DNA from: a virus
Taxonomy: Duplodnaviria; Caudoviricetes
IMG/VR virus record: IMGVR_UViG_3300031519_011018
Coordinates: 1 to 31,611 of that record
Length of the DNA: 31,611 nt
Strand: one strand, 5' to 3'
Shown: one piece after another, positions 17,848-26,506 of the stretch
How positions within the stretch are numbered: the first letter of the stretch is position 1
Layout: each line of letters opens with the position of its first letter
Notes under the pieces: model-generated
The model's database searches: none
Seen by the model: the letters and a program-made list of their open reading frames with translations, nothing else
Told to the model about the DNA's origin: nothing
Made by a program: the position numbers and the translations under genes

Positions 17848-18198
17848 TTAGTCCTTATCGAATGGAGTGTTGTCTTCTTCACTCTTACCTTCGGACTTTG
17901 GACCCAACTCGATGTTATCTGCCATTACACAGACAGAGCTACGTGTCGTTCCATTGTCGTCTTCGTAATCATCGATCTTTAATTTTCCTTGTACTCCTAC
18001 CAACCTTCCTTTCTTCAGGTGTTCGGTGAGAATCTCTGCTGTCTTACCAAAGGTAAGGACATTAAGAAACAAGGTACTATCATTACGACGGTCATTGACT
18101 GCCAGACGAAACTTCGCCATTGGAGTACCTTTCTTGGTTGTGAGAAAATCGGCATCTTTTGTCAATCGACCACAACCTAACCATGAATTAATATTCAT
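17848..18198 (-). CDS. ssb: Single-stranded DNA-binding protein
   Basis: GRLTKDA, FRLAV, LKKGRLVGVQGKL, acidic tail EEDNTPF. Confidence 0.95.
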   Translation of the reverse strand: MNINSWLGCGRLTKDADFLTTKKGTPMAKFRLAVNDRRNDSTLFLNVLTFGKTAEILTEHLKKGRLVGVQGKLKIDDYEDDNGTTRSSVCVMADNIELGPKSEGKSEEDNTPFDKD

Positions 18199-18217
18199 AT
18201 TTTATCTGCTCCTAAAG

Positions 18218-18394
18218 TTAAACATTGCTATTGGATGAAGGCGTAATTGTATTGTCAACTAACCTAGAGCCTTCTTCTAGGATTTCGTTGAGGCGTTGAA
18301 CCTCTGAGGCAATCTGCTGCGATTGCTGCATTAGCTCATTGATTCGTGTTCGTATAGTTTCTAAGTGTGCTGACGCTAAATCAATCAATTCCAT
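18218..18394 (-). CDS. Small coiled-coil protein
   Basis: ATG at 18394 coupled to the upstream stop (TAATG). Confidence 0.6.
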   Translation of the reverse strand: MELIDLASAHLETIRTRINELMQQSQQIASEVQRLNEILEEGSRLVDNTITPSSNSNV

Positions 18395-18612
18395 TATAAA
18401 TTTCCTTCCGTTGTAAAATAAGATAGTACTTGTTTGTGAGTCCAACTTTCTGTGTAATTACCATCCGTGCAAAGGTAGGCAATGTCTACATAGTCCTTAT
18501 AGGCCTGTGCTAGAAGAGTAACGATTAGATTTACTTCTCCTTTGTCAATGGCCTTATTAATTAGTTCTTCCATCTGTAGCGTATCTACTTCTTTGGGTTT
18601 CACTTCACACAC
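18394..18612 (-). CDS. Hypothetical protein
   Basis: 72-aa ORF coupled to both neighbours. Confidence 0.6.
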   Translation of the reverse strand: MCEVKPKEVDTLQMEELINKAIDKGEVNLIVTLLAQAYKDYVDIAYLCTDGNYTESWTHKQVLSYFTTEGNL

Positions 18613-19042
18613 CTATGATTTCTAATTGAACTGATGCTTCTTCAAACATCTCTCTTGCATTCCTAAAATCATTATACCACTTGAGCTGTACATTTGACAA
18701 CTTTTTAGTGATTATTTTTTTAATGCCGCTCTGTATGATAGCCGCTGCACATTGTGAACAGGGCTGGAATGGGTGAGTATATAAAGTACACCCTTTTACA
18801 GACGCATTAGCGAACATCAATGCGTTCATCTCGGCGTGTATGATGTTCATGTACTTTGTGCCTCTCTGATTCAGTCTATCGTTATCCTCTATTCCGCGAG
18901 GAAAACCGTTAAACCCAACAGAAACTACAAAGTTCTCGGGTGACACTATGACTGCACCAACTTGCGTAGAGGGGTCTTTAGACCACTTGGACACAAGCTC
19001 TGCCATGTCTAAGTATCTACTGTGCCAGTTTGTCGTATTCAT
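18605..19042 (-). CDS. dCMP deaminase
   Basis: SKDPSTQVGAVI, GFNGFPRG, HAEMNA, PCSQC. Confidence 0.95.
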   Translation of the reverse strand: MNTTNWHSRYLDMAELVSKWSKDPSTQVGAVIVSPENFVVSVGFNGFPRGIEDNDRLNQRGTKYMNIIHAEMNALMFANASVKGCTLYTHPFQPCSQCAAAIIQSGIKKIITKKLSNVQLKWYNDFRNAREMFEEASVQLEIIGV

Positions 19043-19178
19043 ACCAAAGTAGTCCTGTATTAGCTAGTGCATAAGCGAACCACATCAGGGCGTGAGGTAA
19101 ATCTCCGCCCTTGATGCAGAATGCCGTGGTCCATAAATAACAAAGTGTCGAAATTATAATTGCCGGTATTGTCATCAT
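19017..19178 (-). CDS. Small two-TM membrane protein
   Basis: Start placed at ATG 19178 after AAGGA; hydrophobic throughout. Confidence 0.6.
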   Translation of the reverse strand: MMTIPAIIISTLCYLWTTAFCIKGGDLPHALMWFAYALANTGLLWYEYDKLAQ

Positions 19179-19207
19179 ATATTGTCCTTCCTTTTTCCTT
19201 AGTCCTA

Positions 19208-19309
19208 TTATACTACGATGCCTGCGGAACATTCGCAATCACAACAGTCTACATTCCCTGTGAGTAATAATTTAGATTCTAGTTGCTCCACTATTAATTG
19301 TTGATGCAT
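19208..19309 (-). CDS. 33-aa Cys-rich peptide with LEPR-XLL-like leader (not in the ORF track)
   Basis: MHQQLIVEQLESKLLLTGNVDCCDCECSAGIVV; AAGGGA upstream; overlaps the end of the upstream gene, which carries the same leader motif. Confidence 0.65.
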   Translation of the reverse strand: MHQQLIVEQLESKLLLTGNVDCCDCECSAGIVV

Positions 19310-19892
19310 TGGGATGTTCCCTTAAAGTTTGCGTGATAAAGAACCAGTGATCAGCTGCTGGCTGAACGCTTTCTACGCCTTCCTTTAAGAATCCTACCGC
19401 ATTATCCGCACCAACTAGTGATGTACTGTCCTGAGATACGAGCATCATGAATACTTGACTTGATCTATCGTATAGTTCATTGTATTGGTCTGAGTATACA
19501 TAATTTTGTAGCTGCCATACCTCAGTGCGGGCAGTATAGCCACCGTCATCTGTACTCACTACCAAGTCTCTGGCTTCTCTTACAGTGATTTCCCCATCGC
19601 TAGCAAACGCAGAGAACATTGCATGTAGTCCATCGTCCCATATATTATCCCGATTAATGAAGCCCTCTGCTGGTATTGGGTGCTGCTCCTCCAGTTGTTG
19701 TACTGGTGTGTTGTTAATGACCTCGCTGAGTAGAACACTTTCGCCATCCACTACAAATCCAACATCCTGTACCGGAGTCCTAGATAGGACTGGTGGCGGG
19801 ACATACGTTAAATGTGCTGGGATTGCGGGACCAAATACTGCGTCTGCGTCTAATGCTACTCTGGTCTCAAGTTGTTCTAATTTCAGCTTCAT
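19272..19892 (-). CDS. Planctomycete-extracellular (LEPR-XLL) motif protein
   Basis: N-terminal LKLEQLETRVAL. The C-terminal ~120 aa resemble, from recall, the region preceding the catalytic domain of bacterial calpain-like proteases. Confidence 0.75.
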   Translation of the reverse strand: MKLKLEQLETRVALDADAVFGPAIPAHLTYVPPPVLSRTPVQDVGFVVDGESVLLSEVINNTPVQQLEEQHPIPAEGFINRDNIWDDGLHAMFSAFASDGEITVREARDLVVSTDDGGYTARTEVWQLQNYVYSDQYNELYDRSSQVFMMLVSQDSTSLVGADNAVGFLKEGVESVQPAADHWFFITQTLREHPNASTINSGATRI

Positions 19893-19955
19893 AATATATT
19901 ATACACTATTTTCTTTTACTAGGGTTAAGTTTTCTGAATCAATCTCACTATAGTC

Positions 19956-19984
19956 AGTATACCACAATTTACCATCCATGTCAA
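19956..19984 (-). promoter_or_regulatory. sigma70-type promoter
   Basis: TTGACA-17 bp-TATACT with TGn extension. Confidence 0.8.
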
Positions 19985-20014
19985 GGGGTACAGCAAAACT
20001 TGTTGACATTAAAA

Positions 20015-20671
20015 TCATCTTAGCCACCAGTCTAATTGAGGGTCATATGAGTCGCCTAGTTTATTAGGGTGATCCATTTCTAAGGGATATACCCGTGTAT
20101 CTGGCTGATTAGGCGTAGTTAGGCAGTCTTTTCTGACATACGTTAATTCAAGTACAGCAGGAACCCCATACATTTCTGTTCTAATGTGATTATTCATATG
20201 TAAGTGTATGAGTCCATGTGTTTCATTTAAATGGCTTAGAGCGGCCCTCCAAGCTTCATAAAAGGGTGCCATGTGCAGATGTATCTCTATGATCAATTGG
20301 GTTACAGAAGACAAGTCTGGCTTAGCCACTAGGACTTTTAACTCATGTCCTTCTATGTCCATTTGTAATACAGAGTTAGTATATAAAGTAAGATCGTTCA
20401 TATTTGTTATATACTTTAATATAAAATTGACATTATCATTCTTATCTGCTAGGTCACATCTGCCCCCGCCATCATATATATCGATTTTAGCATTTGGATT
20501 GATCTTCAAGTATGCCTCTTCAAAAGTCGTCTCGTTTTGGCATCCCACAGATACTAGCCTATCAGTGAAAAGAGAAGGGTCAGCGACGTAGCCGCCATCT
20601 CTATCAGGCGTACCAACTCTGACCTTATTCTCATGATAAACTGGCATTAATAAGTCTTGAAGTGAGTCCAT
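20015..20671 (-). CDS. FkbM-like SAM-dependent methyltransferase
   Basis: RVG...DGGY, SVGCQNETTFE, LQMDIEGHE, QLIIEIH, HLHMNN, LELTY. Start placed at ATG 20671 after AAGGA. Confidence 0.8.
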   Translation of the reverse strand: MDSLQDLLMPVYHENKVRVGTPDRDGGYVADPSLFTDRLVSVGCQNETTFEEAYLKINPNAKIDIYDGGGRCDLADKNDNVNFILKYITNMNDLTLYTNSVLQMDIEGHELKVLVAKPDLSSVTQLIIEIHLHMAPFYEAWRAALSHLNETHGLIHLHMNNHIRTEMYGVPAVLELTYVRKDCLTTPNQPDTRVYPLEMDHPNKLGDSYDPQLDWWLR

Positions 20672-20744
20672 GTTATTCCTTGCTTTCGTTGTATTGGGGA
20701 GTTTTGATGTTATCCTAGAACTCCCATAAACTAGGGGGTGAGGG

Positions 20745-21620
20745 TTATGCTGTTGCGTACTGTTTCTTCCGCTTGAGGAGGGAGTTAACTCGCTCAATCT
20801 TAGCACCAACCTCTTCAACCCATTCTTTATTACGTTTCTGGGTATTGATATAGTCCAGATCGGTTCTGTTCATGTGAACAACCGAGGTGTAAACATCTTC
20901 AAACTCAGAAACAACTTCGTACCGACACGCTCGTAGTTTTTGACATCGAACATCGTTAGGTACACTAATCACATCTGCCGGATTTACTTTGCAGATCATC
21001 AAGCGATTGCTGCCGCCTTCGTCATCGTCACCGCTATCGCCATCGATGCCGCCATACTGTTTGGCATAGTCGATGGCACCGACATGCAAACCAGCAGAAC
21101 AATGTTTTTCTCTATTGCTGTCTACTGCTGCTCTCGGCATCTCACATACGCTACCGACACTGTTGTCAATCTTGCCTGTGTAAATATCAGTGTAGTCAGA
21201 CTTCACTGCTTTGTATGCCAAGAAACAACCATCGGCAGTGATAGGCATTTGCTTGTGACCCATGAAATCAAACAACTCAACGATAGCATTGTCAGATGGA
21301 TTGTCCGACATGTTATCTAAAAAGTTAAGCATTGGCTCAAATGGAAAACCTTGATCCATCATGTTAAGCATCGTGTCCGTAAACATCTCTGGCATGGCGT
21401 TGCCATCCCAAGACAACTGACCATTTTCAACTCCGATGTATCCTTCGCTAAAATCTTGAACAGCTGAGACAACATCATAGGCAGCCTCAAAAAATTCATT
21501 CTGCCCATTCTCAAGATAATGAACCAGTTTCTTATATCGTGGATGAGCCTTGCCAAAACTATATGTTGCTCCTCCGATAGTCGCAATCGCATTGCCGTCA
21601 TGTCCAATTAAATACTTCAT
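20745..21620 (-). CDS. rIIB: RIIB-like protein
   Basis: FLDNMSDNPS, PITADGCFLAYKAV, CSAGLHVG, KVNPADVISVP, KLRACRYEVV. Start placed at ATG 21620 after AGGAG. Confidence 0.9.
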   Translation of the reverse strand: MKYLIGHDGNAIATIGGATYSFGKAHPRYKKLVHYLENGQNEFFEAAYDVVSAVQDFSEGYIGVENGQLSWDGNAMPEMFTDTMLNMMDQGFPFEPMLNFLDNMSDNPSDNAIVELFDFMGHKQMPITADGCFLAYKAVKSDYTDIYTGKIDNSVGSVCEMPRAAVDSNREKHCSAGLHVGAIDYAKQYGGIDGDSGDDDEGGSNRLMICKVNPADVISVPNDVRCQKLRACRYEVVSEFEDVYTSVVHMNRTDLDYINTQKRNKEWVEEVGAKIERVNSLLKRKKQYATA

Positions 21621-21656
21621 ACTAAAACTCCTATTGTTAATCGTTACCATCTATAT

Positions 21657-21685
21657 ATTATATCCTTAAGCTACTACTTTGTCAA
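21657..21685 (-). promoter_or_regulatory. sigma70-type promoter for rIIB inside the rIIA 3' end
   Basis: TTGACA-17 bp-TATAAT, perfect consensus. Confidence 0.85.
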
Positions 21686-23744
21686 CTTCTTTTTTGAGAT
21701 AATCCAAAACTATCGCTTTGTCGTCCGCATGGCGGAACCATCGTGGAGCAAACTTGAGCATAGGTGCTGACTTATCAAGCATCTCGTCCAATTCTACCCT
21801 TGGCTTGCCGTAGTTGGTGGGCCAGCCACCGCGTGATCCTAGAAACGGTCGGAATATTGACTGTAGGTCAGTGAACTCCTCGATCTTCGTTGGATTGGTT
21901 TCGGTTGCTTTGAGTGCGTTGGCGATCTCACCGATCTCGCCTGTTGGCTCCCAATTCACATCCTGCATCAGTTCCAGAACTCTACTTGATTCTTGAAAGT
22001 CTTTAGCGTCGAGCATAACCGAAATGTTCTCACCCATTTCTTGCACCAGCGTCTTTGCAGAACTTGTGTAGTCATGGATGCGTGTCCAGTTTGGATTGGT
22101 GTCGATCTTACGTTGGCGACATTTGCTTGCGGTCACAAAGTATACTGTTTGATCTTCGCCAATAATGTCGTGATCGTACAATGCCTTAAGAATCTTCTTG
22201 ACTCCGTAAGCACCACGCTTAGTCACTCCACATCCCATGTCAAAGATTTCTTTGTTCTTGAGGATATAGATGCAATCAGTTTCCTTACGCATGTCGATGC
22301 GACGACTCTGGATGTCTTCAGACTCTACGTCATAGTAATCAACTTCCGTCTGTCCTGCTCGACCACCACCCGATGAAGCACGTGTGACCTTTGGTAGATC
22401 AGATGTTTTAATGAATCTGTCGTATGGCATGTCACCCATATCTGATTGAAACTGAGACAATACATTATCTCCTACTACGATGAACGTTTCTGTATCGTAG
22501 CCATACTCTTGCTTCAAGCCTTTTAAGTATGCTGCTAATCGACCCATGCCACCCTTGCAGTCAAAGTGTACAAACTTTGTGCTTGTTTTTAGATTGACAT
22601 AGCTGACTATCTTGGTCTTACTTTCACCTCTCCATCGACTGTTGGTCTTTTTCTTGACTTCGCAATCTAGTTCAACCTGATTACTAATGAACCTGTCGAA
22701 CAACGTCCGGTGTTTCCAAGTTACGGTATCAAGTTGTGAGATGATAGTGTCGATTGAACTGCACTGTTCGCATAGCTTGAGGTATGTTTCTCGTGCTTCG
22801 AACAGCGTATCACAGTTGGTGATCTTGTCTTGGATCAACTCTTCGATGTCGGTCATAACTTGTTTGACTAAGCTAGTGATCTTATCCTTAGTAGCTTGAT
22901 TCATAGATAGACTCTCTCGACTGGGAGTAATGTCTACATCTCCGATGTCAACATGAAGTGTGAGGCCTTCGGAATCGTCAAGAAACTTTACTACTTCGCT
23001 ATCATCAAGATCGCTAGACGTGAAACTGTATGCAATCTGTCCCATGACAACTCGTTTAGTGTAGCTGGTGTCAAATTCCCACCCCTCGCCTTTAAGCACT
23101 ACATCTGCTTTATTGTCGATGATCAATTCATCTTCAGGGACGTTTAAAAATCTTGGTGCCACATTAAAGTGTTGGTATATATTACTCATTTCATGCTTGA
23201 ATTTGCCAAGGTCTGAAACATTGACGTTAAGTTTAACTTCCATGCCGTCAGGTTCTTGGGTGTCCGTTGTGTCAAGCAATGCAAATGATGGTGTGCCATC
23301 AGTTCCTTTGTGTGCTGCGTAAACACGCTGTGTGCCATTCTGATACGCAATGACAGTGAATGCATCAGAGTATGAGAATGGAGATTTGCTACCCAAACCA
23401 AGGCAACCAACTGAGTCGTTACTATTATTCTTGGTAGACCGAAAGTACGTAGTGTATAAGGTCATGCATTCTTCGTGGGTCATGCCATTGCCATAGTCAC
23501 GAATAGAAAATTCTGGAGTAAAACGAGATGGAACATGCACGTCGAACATTAGCTTAGGCGTACCTGCCTCAACGTGAGCATCGTATGCATTGGTAGATAG
23601 TTCTCGCACTACCGCTTTAATCTTGTTGGAATACAAACCGTCAGACAAAATCATAAACGCTTTGGCTGATGCTTCAATAGAAAAGTTGTTCTCTTCAAAT
23701 TCCCCGGACTTTACTACGTTCTTTTGAGCTTGGTGAAGTTTCAA
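21666..23744 (-). CDS. rIIA: RIIA-like protein (N-terminal GHKL ATPase fold)
   Basis: LYSNKIKAVVRELSTNAYDAH, IRDYGNGM, STK, GCLGLGSKSPFSY, PSRESLS. Confidence 0.92.
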   Translation of the reverse strand: MKLHQAQKNVVKSGEFEENNFSIEASAKAFMILSDGLYSNKIKAVVRELSTNAYDAHVEAGTPKLMFDVHVPSRFTPEFSIRDYGNGMTHEECMTLYTTYFRSTKNNSNDSVGCLGLGSKSPFSYSDAFTVIAYQNGTQRVYAAHKGTDGTPSFALLDTTDTQEPDGMEVKLNVNVSDLGKFKHEMSNIYQHFNVAPRFLNVPEDELIIDNKADVVLKGEGWEFDTSYTKRVVMGQIAYSFTSSDLDDSEVVKFLDDSEGLTLHVDIGDVDITPSRESLSMNQATKDKITSLVKQVMTDIEELIQDKITNCDTLFEARETYLKLCEQCSSIDTIISQLDTVTWKHRTLFDRFISNQVELDCEVKKKTNSRWRGESKTKIVSYVNLKTSTKFVHFDCKGGMGRLAAYLKGLKQEYGYDTETFIVVGDNVLSQFQSDMGDMPYDRFIKTSDLPKVTRASSGGGRAGQTEVDYYDVESEDIQSRRIDMRKETDCIYILKNKEIFDMGCGVTKRGAYGVKKILKALYDHDIIGEDQTVYFVTASKCRQRKIDTNPNWTRIHDYTSSAKTLVQEMGENISVMLDAKDFQESSRVLELMQDVNWEPTGEIGEIANALKATETNPTKIEEFTDLQSIFRPFLGSRGGWPTNYGKPRVELDEMLDKSAPMLKFAPRWFRHADDKAIVLDYLKKEVDKVVA

Positions 23745-23788
23745 GTGCTGTCTCCTGATTAAATGCTAATGTTGCTGAGTATACTAGT

Positions 23789-23816
23789 ATTATACAGGAT
23801 ATTTTTATGTTGTCAA
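23789..23816 (-). promoter_or_regulatory. sigma70-type promoter for rIIA
   Basis: TTGACA-16 bp-TATAAT. Confidence 0.8.
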
Positions 23817-23818
23817 GC

Positions 23819-24136
23819 CTAAAATGATCTTTCTAAAGTTAGATTGCAGGTAAATGGCTCAATATATAGTGAGTCTTGTGGGTCTGAGTTTACCCACTCA
23901 TCCCACTCTGACATTACTTGTTGTATATTATCAGCATCTTCATAGGTATATTTCAGAAAATCAGCATAATCATAAACAGATATAAATACGCCAGCACTAC
24001 AAATGTCTATTTCATCCGGGCATTTGTTCGTAACCCTTGCAATAGCTAATTGTAAAGGATTGTATCTTTCTTGGACCATAGCGTTATCTATGTCGTCGTC
24101 AGTTACTTCTATGCTATACTTGTCTCTATGTAACAT
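23819..24136 (-). CDS. Acidic hypothetical protein
   Basis: 105-aa ORF with its own promoter and AAGGA RBS. Confidence 0.7.
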   Translation of the reverse strand: MLHRDKYSIEVTDDDIDNAMVQERYNPLQLAIARVTNKCPDEIDICSAGVFISVYDYADFLKYTYEDADNIQQVMSEWDEWVNSDPQDSLYIEPFTCNLTLERSF

Positions 24137-24170
24137 TTGGTTTCTTCCTTATATTTGAGTCGGCTAATAT

Positions 24171-24199
24171 ATTATAGCCACATATTAGTATTTTGACAA
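24171..24199 (-). promoter_or_regulatory. sigma70-type promoter
   Basis: TTGTCA-17 bp-TATAAT. Confidence 0.7.
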
Positions 24200-24200
24200 T

Positions 24201-25028
24201 TTATTCTGTATATAACAGTGCTTTATTAATTTCTCTCGTCAATTTATAAAAATTAGTTAGTTGATCAGCAGTTTTAATTATCCAGTCTCTGTACACTGAT
24301 ATCCTAGTGGAGCCTGAATAACAGTGATACCCTCCGTTTAACATATTCTTACTGCCATTATTCTTGACATTTGTAGTAATGACTGAATGAATTCCTGCTA
24401 ACTTGCCATCAACAAACATGCCGCCTCCACTGTCCCCCGGCGAGACTATGCATTCTAGACTGGTGTTTGTTTTGCTAGTCGATCTACTAGGAGATACCAT
24501 TAGCATGTCTCTATCTGTTCCCTCTATGATATTCGATCCAGCTAACCTGATTTTTTTAGTGTGCGATTGATGACCAGATTTAAATGAACCACTTCTACCC
24601 CATCCTGCTATGCTACATACTTTTCCCACTTCGTCTTTGTTTTCGTATAGCTTGACATAAAATTCTAGAGGTATTTCTTTCTCTACATAACATACTGCTA
24701 TGTCTCCGAACCCATATTTCTTTTGAGTGTATGATGATGGACATACCGCAGCTTTTATTGGATATGACTTCGCTCCGATCACTACTCTGCTATCTTCTAC
24801 GTCGGCCATTACGTGTGCCGCAGTAACTACGATGTGCGGAGATATTACTACTCCAGAAGCACATGTGTTGTACTTAGTGTCTCTCACTATAGCACATATC
24901 CTCACTACGCAACTGTGCTTAGAGCCGTATGTTTGATATTTGGTTTTAGATACATCACCTCTATACGTTATAGCCAATGACACATTGGTCATAAGTACTA
25001 AGAGTGTCAACGCTTTGATAGTGTTCAT
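24201..25028 (-). CDS. Secreted trypsin-like (S1) serine protease
   Basis: Signal peptide ending VSLA; catalytic triad motifs TAAH, GDIA, GDSGG. Confidence 0.92.
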   Translation of the reverse strand: MNTIKALTLLVLMTNVSLAITYRGDVSKTKYQTYGSKHSCVVRICAIVRDTKYNTCASGVVISPHIVVTAAHVMADVEDSRVVIGAKSYPIKAAVCPSSYTQKKYGFGDIAVCYVEKEIPLEFYVKLYENKDEVGKVCSIAGWGRSGSFKSGHQSHTKKIRLAGSNIIEGTDRDMLMVSPSRSTSKTNTSLECIVSPGDSGGGMFVDGKLAGIHSVITTNVKNNGSKNMLNGGYHCYSGSTRISVYRDWIIKTADQLTNFYKLTREINKALLYTE

Positions 25029-25029
25029 C

Positions 25030-25398
25030 TCAGTCCTCCAGTCTCCTTAGTTCTTCTTCTAGTTTATTAAAATTTGTGTGGTTCAGTACGCTATATCTTC
25101 TTTGATTGGTGTTGTGGGTGTGTTCCATGTGGCAGTTGTGACACATTACCTTACATTTTTTAATTTCATCTAATAATTCATCTACAGAATACTTTGCTGA
25201 GTACAATCTGTACATTCCACCGGCTTGAGTTCGTTTTGCACCACCGTTCTTCGTTATGTCCGACTTCTCATACTCTGGCTGATGGTCAAAGCACAACGCG
25301 GAAGGATGTTTATTGTACCCGCATATGTGGCAACCGACAGTGAGTTTATAATGATCTACCAACTCATGTCTGGCTAGTTTAATCTTTTTTTTGTTCAT
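25030..25398 (-). CDS. HNH endonuclease-like protein
   Basis: CHICG...FDH...EIKKCKVMCHNCH. Start placed at ATG 25398. Confidence 0.75.
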   Translation of the reverse strand: MNKKKIKLARHELVDHYKLTVGCHICGYNKHPSALCFDHQPEYEKSDITKNGGAKRTQAGGMYRLYSAKYSVDELLDEIKKCKVMCHNCHMEHTHNTNQRRYSVLNHTNFNKLEEELRRLED

Positions 25399-25798
25399 TA
25401 GCGTACTTTTTGATGAGAGTTTCAGCATTGCCGCTATTTCCCCGTGCTACTTCTTTGCCATCAATAAAAACTATAATAGTTGGTACACCCCTGAATTTAT
25501 ATTTTCTGGCATACTTGCTAAAGTTTGAATCGCTGCTACAATCAGCTATAGTGAGATACTTGAATAGATTCTTACTTTTGAGTCTTGACTTCAGCCTTTG
25601 GCAGGGACCACACCACGTGGCAGTGAACATGGTAATGACAGGTTTTGGCTTAGGTTTCTTTTTAGGAGGCTCTGGCTTTGGGGGAGGCTCTGGCTTTGCG
25701 GGTTCAGGATGTATGACATCCATCTCACAAGGAAATGAGTGACACACACTCGACCATGTTGCGAGGAGTATGGCTTTTAAAAATGTTATACGTTTCAT
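25379..25798 (-). CDS. Exported thioredoxin-like protein with Pro-rich linker
   Basis: Leader MKRITFLKAILLA; PEPAKPEPPPKPEPP linker; WCGPC; GVPT cis-Pro loop. Confidence 0.88.
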   Translation of the reverse strand: MKRITFLKAILLATWSSVCHSFPCEMDVIHPEPAKPEPPPKPEPPKKKPKPKPVITMFTATWCGPCQRLKSRLKSKNLFKYLTIADCSSDSNFSKYARKYKFRGVPTIIVFIDGKEVARGNSGNAETLIKKYANEQKKD

Positions 25799-26049
25799 TG
25801 ATCTGTACTCTGTATTAGAAACATCGTGTTACCGTAATTATCTGTCACGCACATCTCTCCTAGTTCATTGTCATGACTCAATGGTCTCACCTCTACATTA
25901 TTTTGAGGAGAGTATAAAGTCATCACATGAGACAAGGGGGATGGAGGATGTATGTCAAATTCTATCATTCCTCCTGTCGCCCTAACCTCAGAAACTGATA
26001 TGACTAAATTAGACTTAGGAGTTCCAAATTTTAATACTTTGTTGCTCAT
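25795..26049 (-). CDS. Hypothetical protein (probably leaderless)
   Basis: TATAAT lies 6 nt before ATG 26049. Confidence 0.6.
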   Translation of the reverse strand: MSNKVLKFGTPKSNLVISVSEVRATGGMIEFDIHPPSPLSHVMTLYSPQNNVEVRPLSHDNELGEMCVTDNYGNTMFLIQSTDQ

Positions 26050-26092
26050 ACTATTATTATAACCCTGAGAGGGTAAATTAACCATTTATTTT

Positions 26093-26506
26093 TTATCTTC
26101 GTCTAAACCATGGAGTCCTAGACTTATAGTTATATGTCCTTTTTGGGGTGCCTTGACCGCCCTCATTACCAAGGGGTAAATAACCATTGTGGACATTGTT
26201 ATGTATCTTCTTCAGTTCATCTTGAGAGAACTTAGATAAGTCTAGATCAACTTTGTGAAATTCTTTCAGATGTTTTTCCATGTATTGCCTAGAAGGATTC
26301 CATTTACCATTGAAATTCCATCGTGTACCCGGCATCTTATATACAGTACACTTGGATTCTTCTGGTTTAATTTCTTCTAGTTTATCATCGCCGTCGTCAT
26401 ACTGTAGATTCCATTTAAACGGAAATGCCATTACTGGTGTGCATACAGCTTTAACAAACGCCCCAAGCGTTAAAATCGTTAAAAATGCTTTTCTGCTTAG
26501 TTTCAT
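26093..26506 (-). CDS. Exported protein with Tat-like leader and four-His motif
   Basis: SRKAFL plus hydrophobic stretch plus VMA; HLKEFH...ELKKIHNNVH. Confidence 0.7.
   Translation of the reverse strand: MKLSRKAFLTILTLGAFVKAVCTPVMAFPFKWNLQYDDGDDKLEEIKPEESKCTVYKMPGTRWNFNGKWNPSRQYMEKHLKEFHKVDLDLSKFSQDELKKIHNNVHNGYLPLGNEGGQGTPKRTYNYKSRTPWFRRR

Noticed and set aside
19208-19309. Cys-rich peptide as part of a RiPP biosynthetic cluster
   Set aside because: No radical SAM, YcaO, Lan or transporter gene is present in the window; kept only as a peptide of unknown role.
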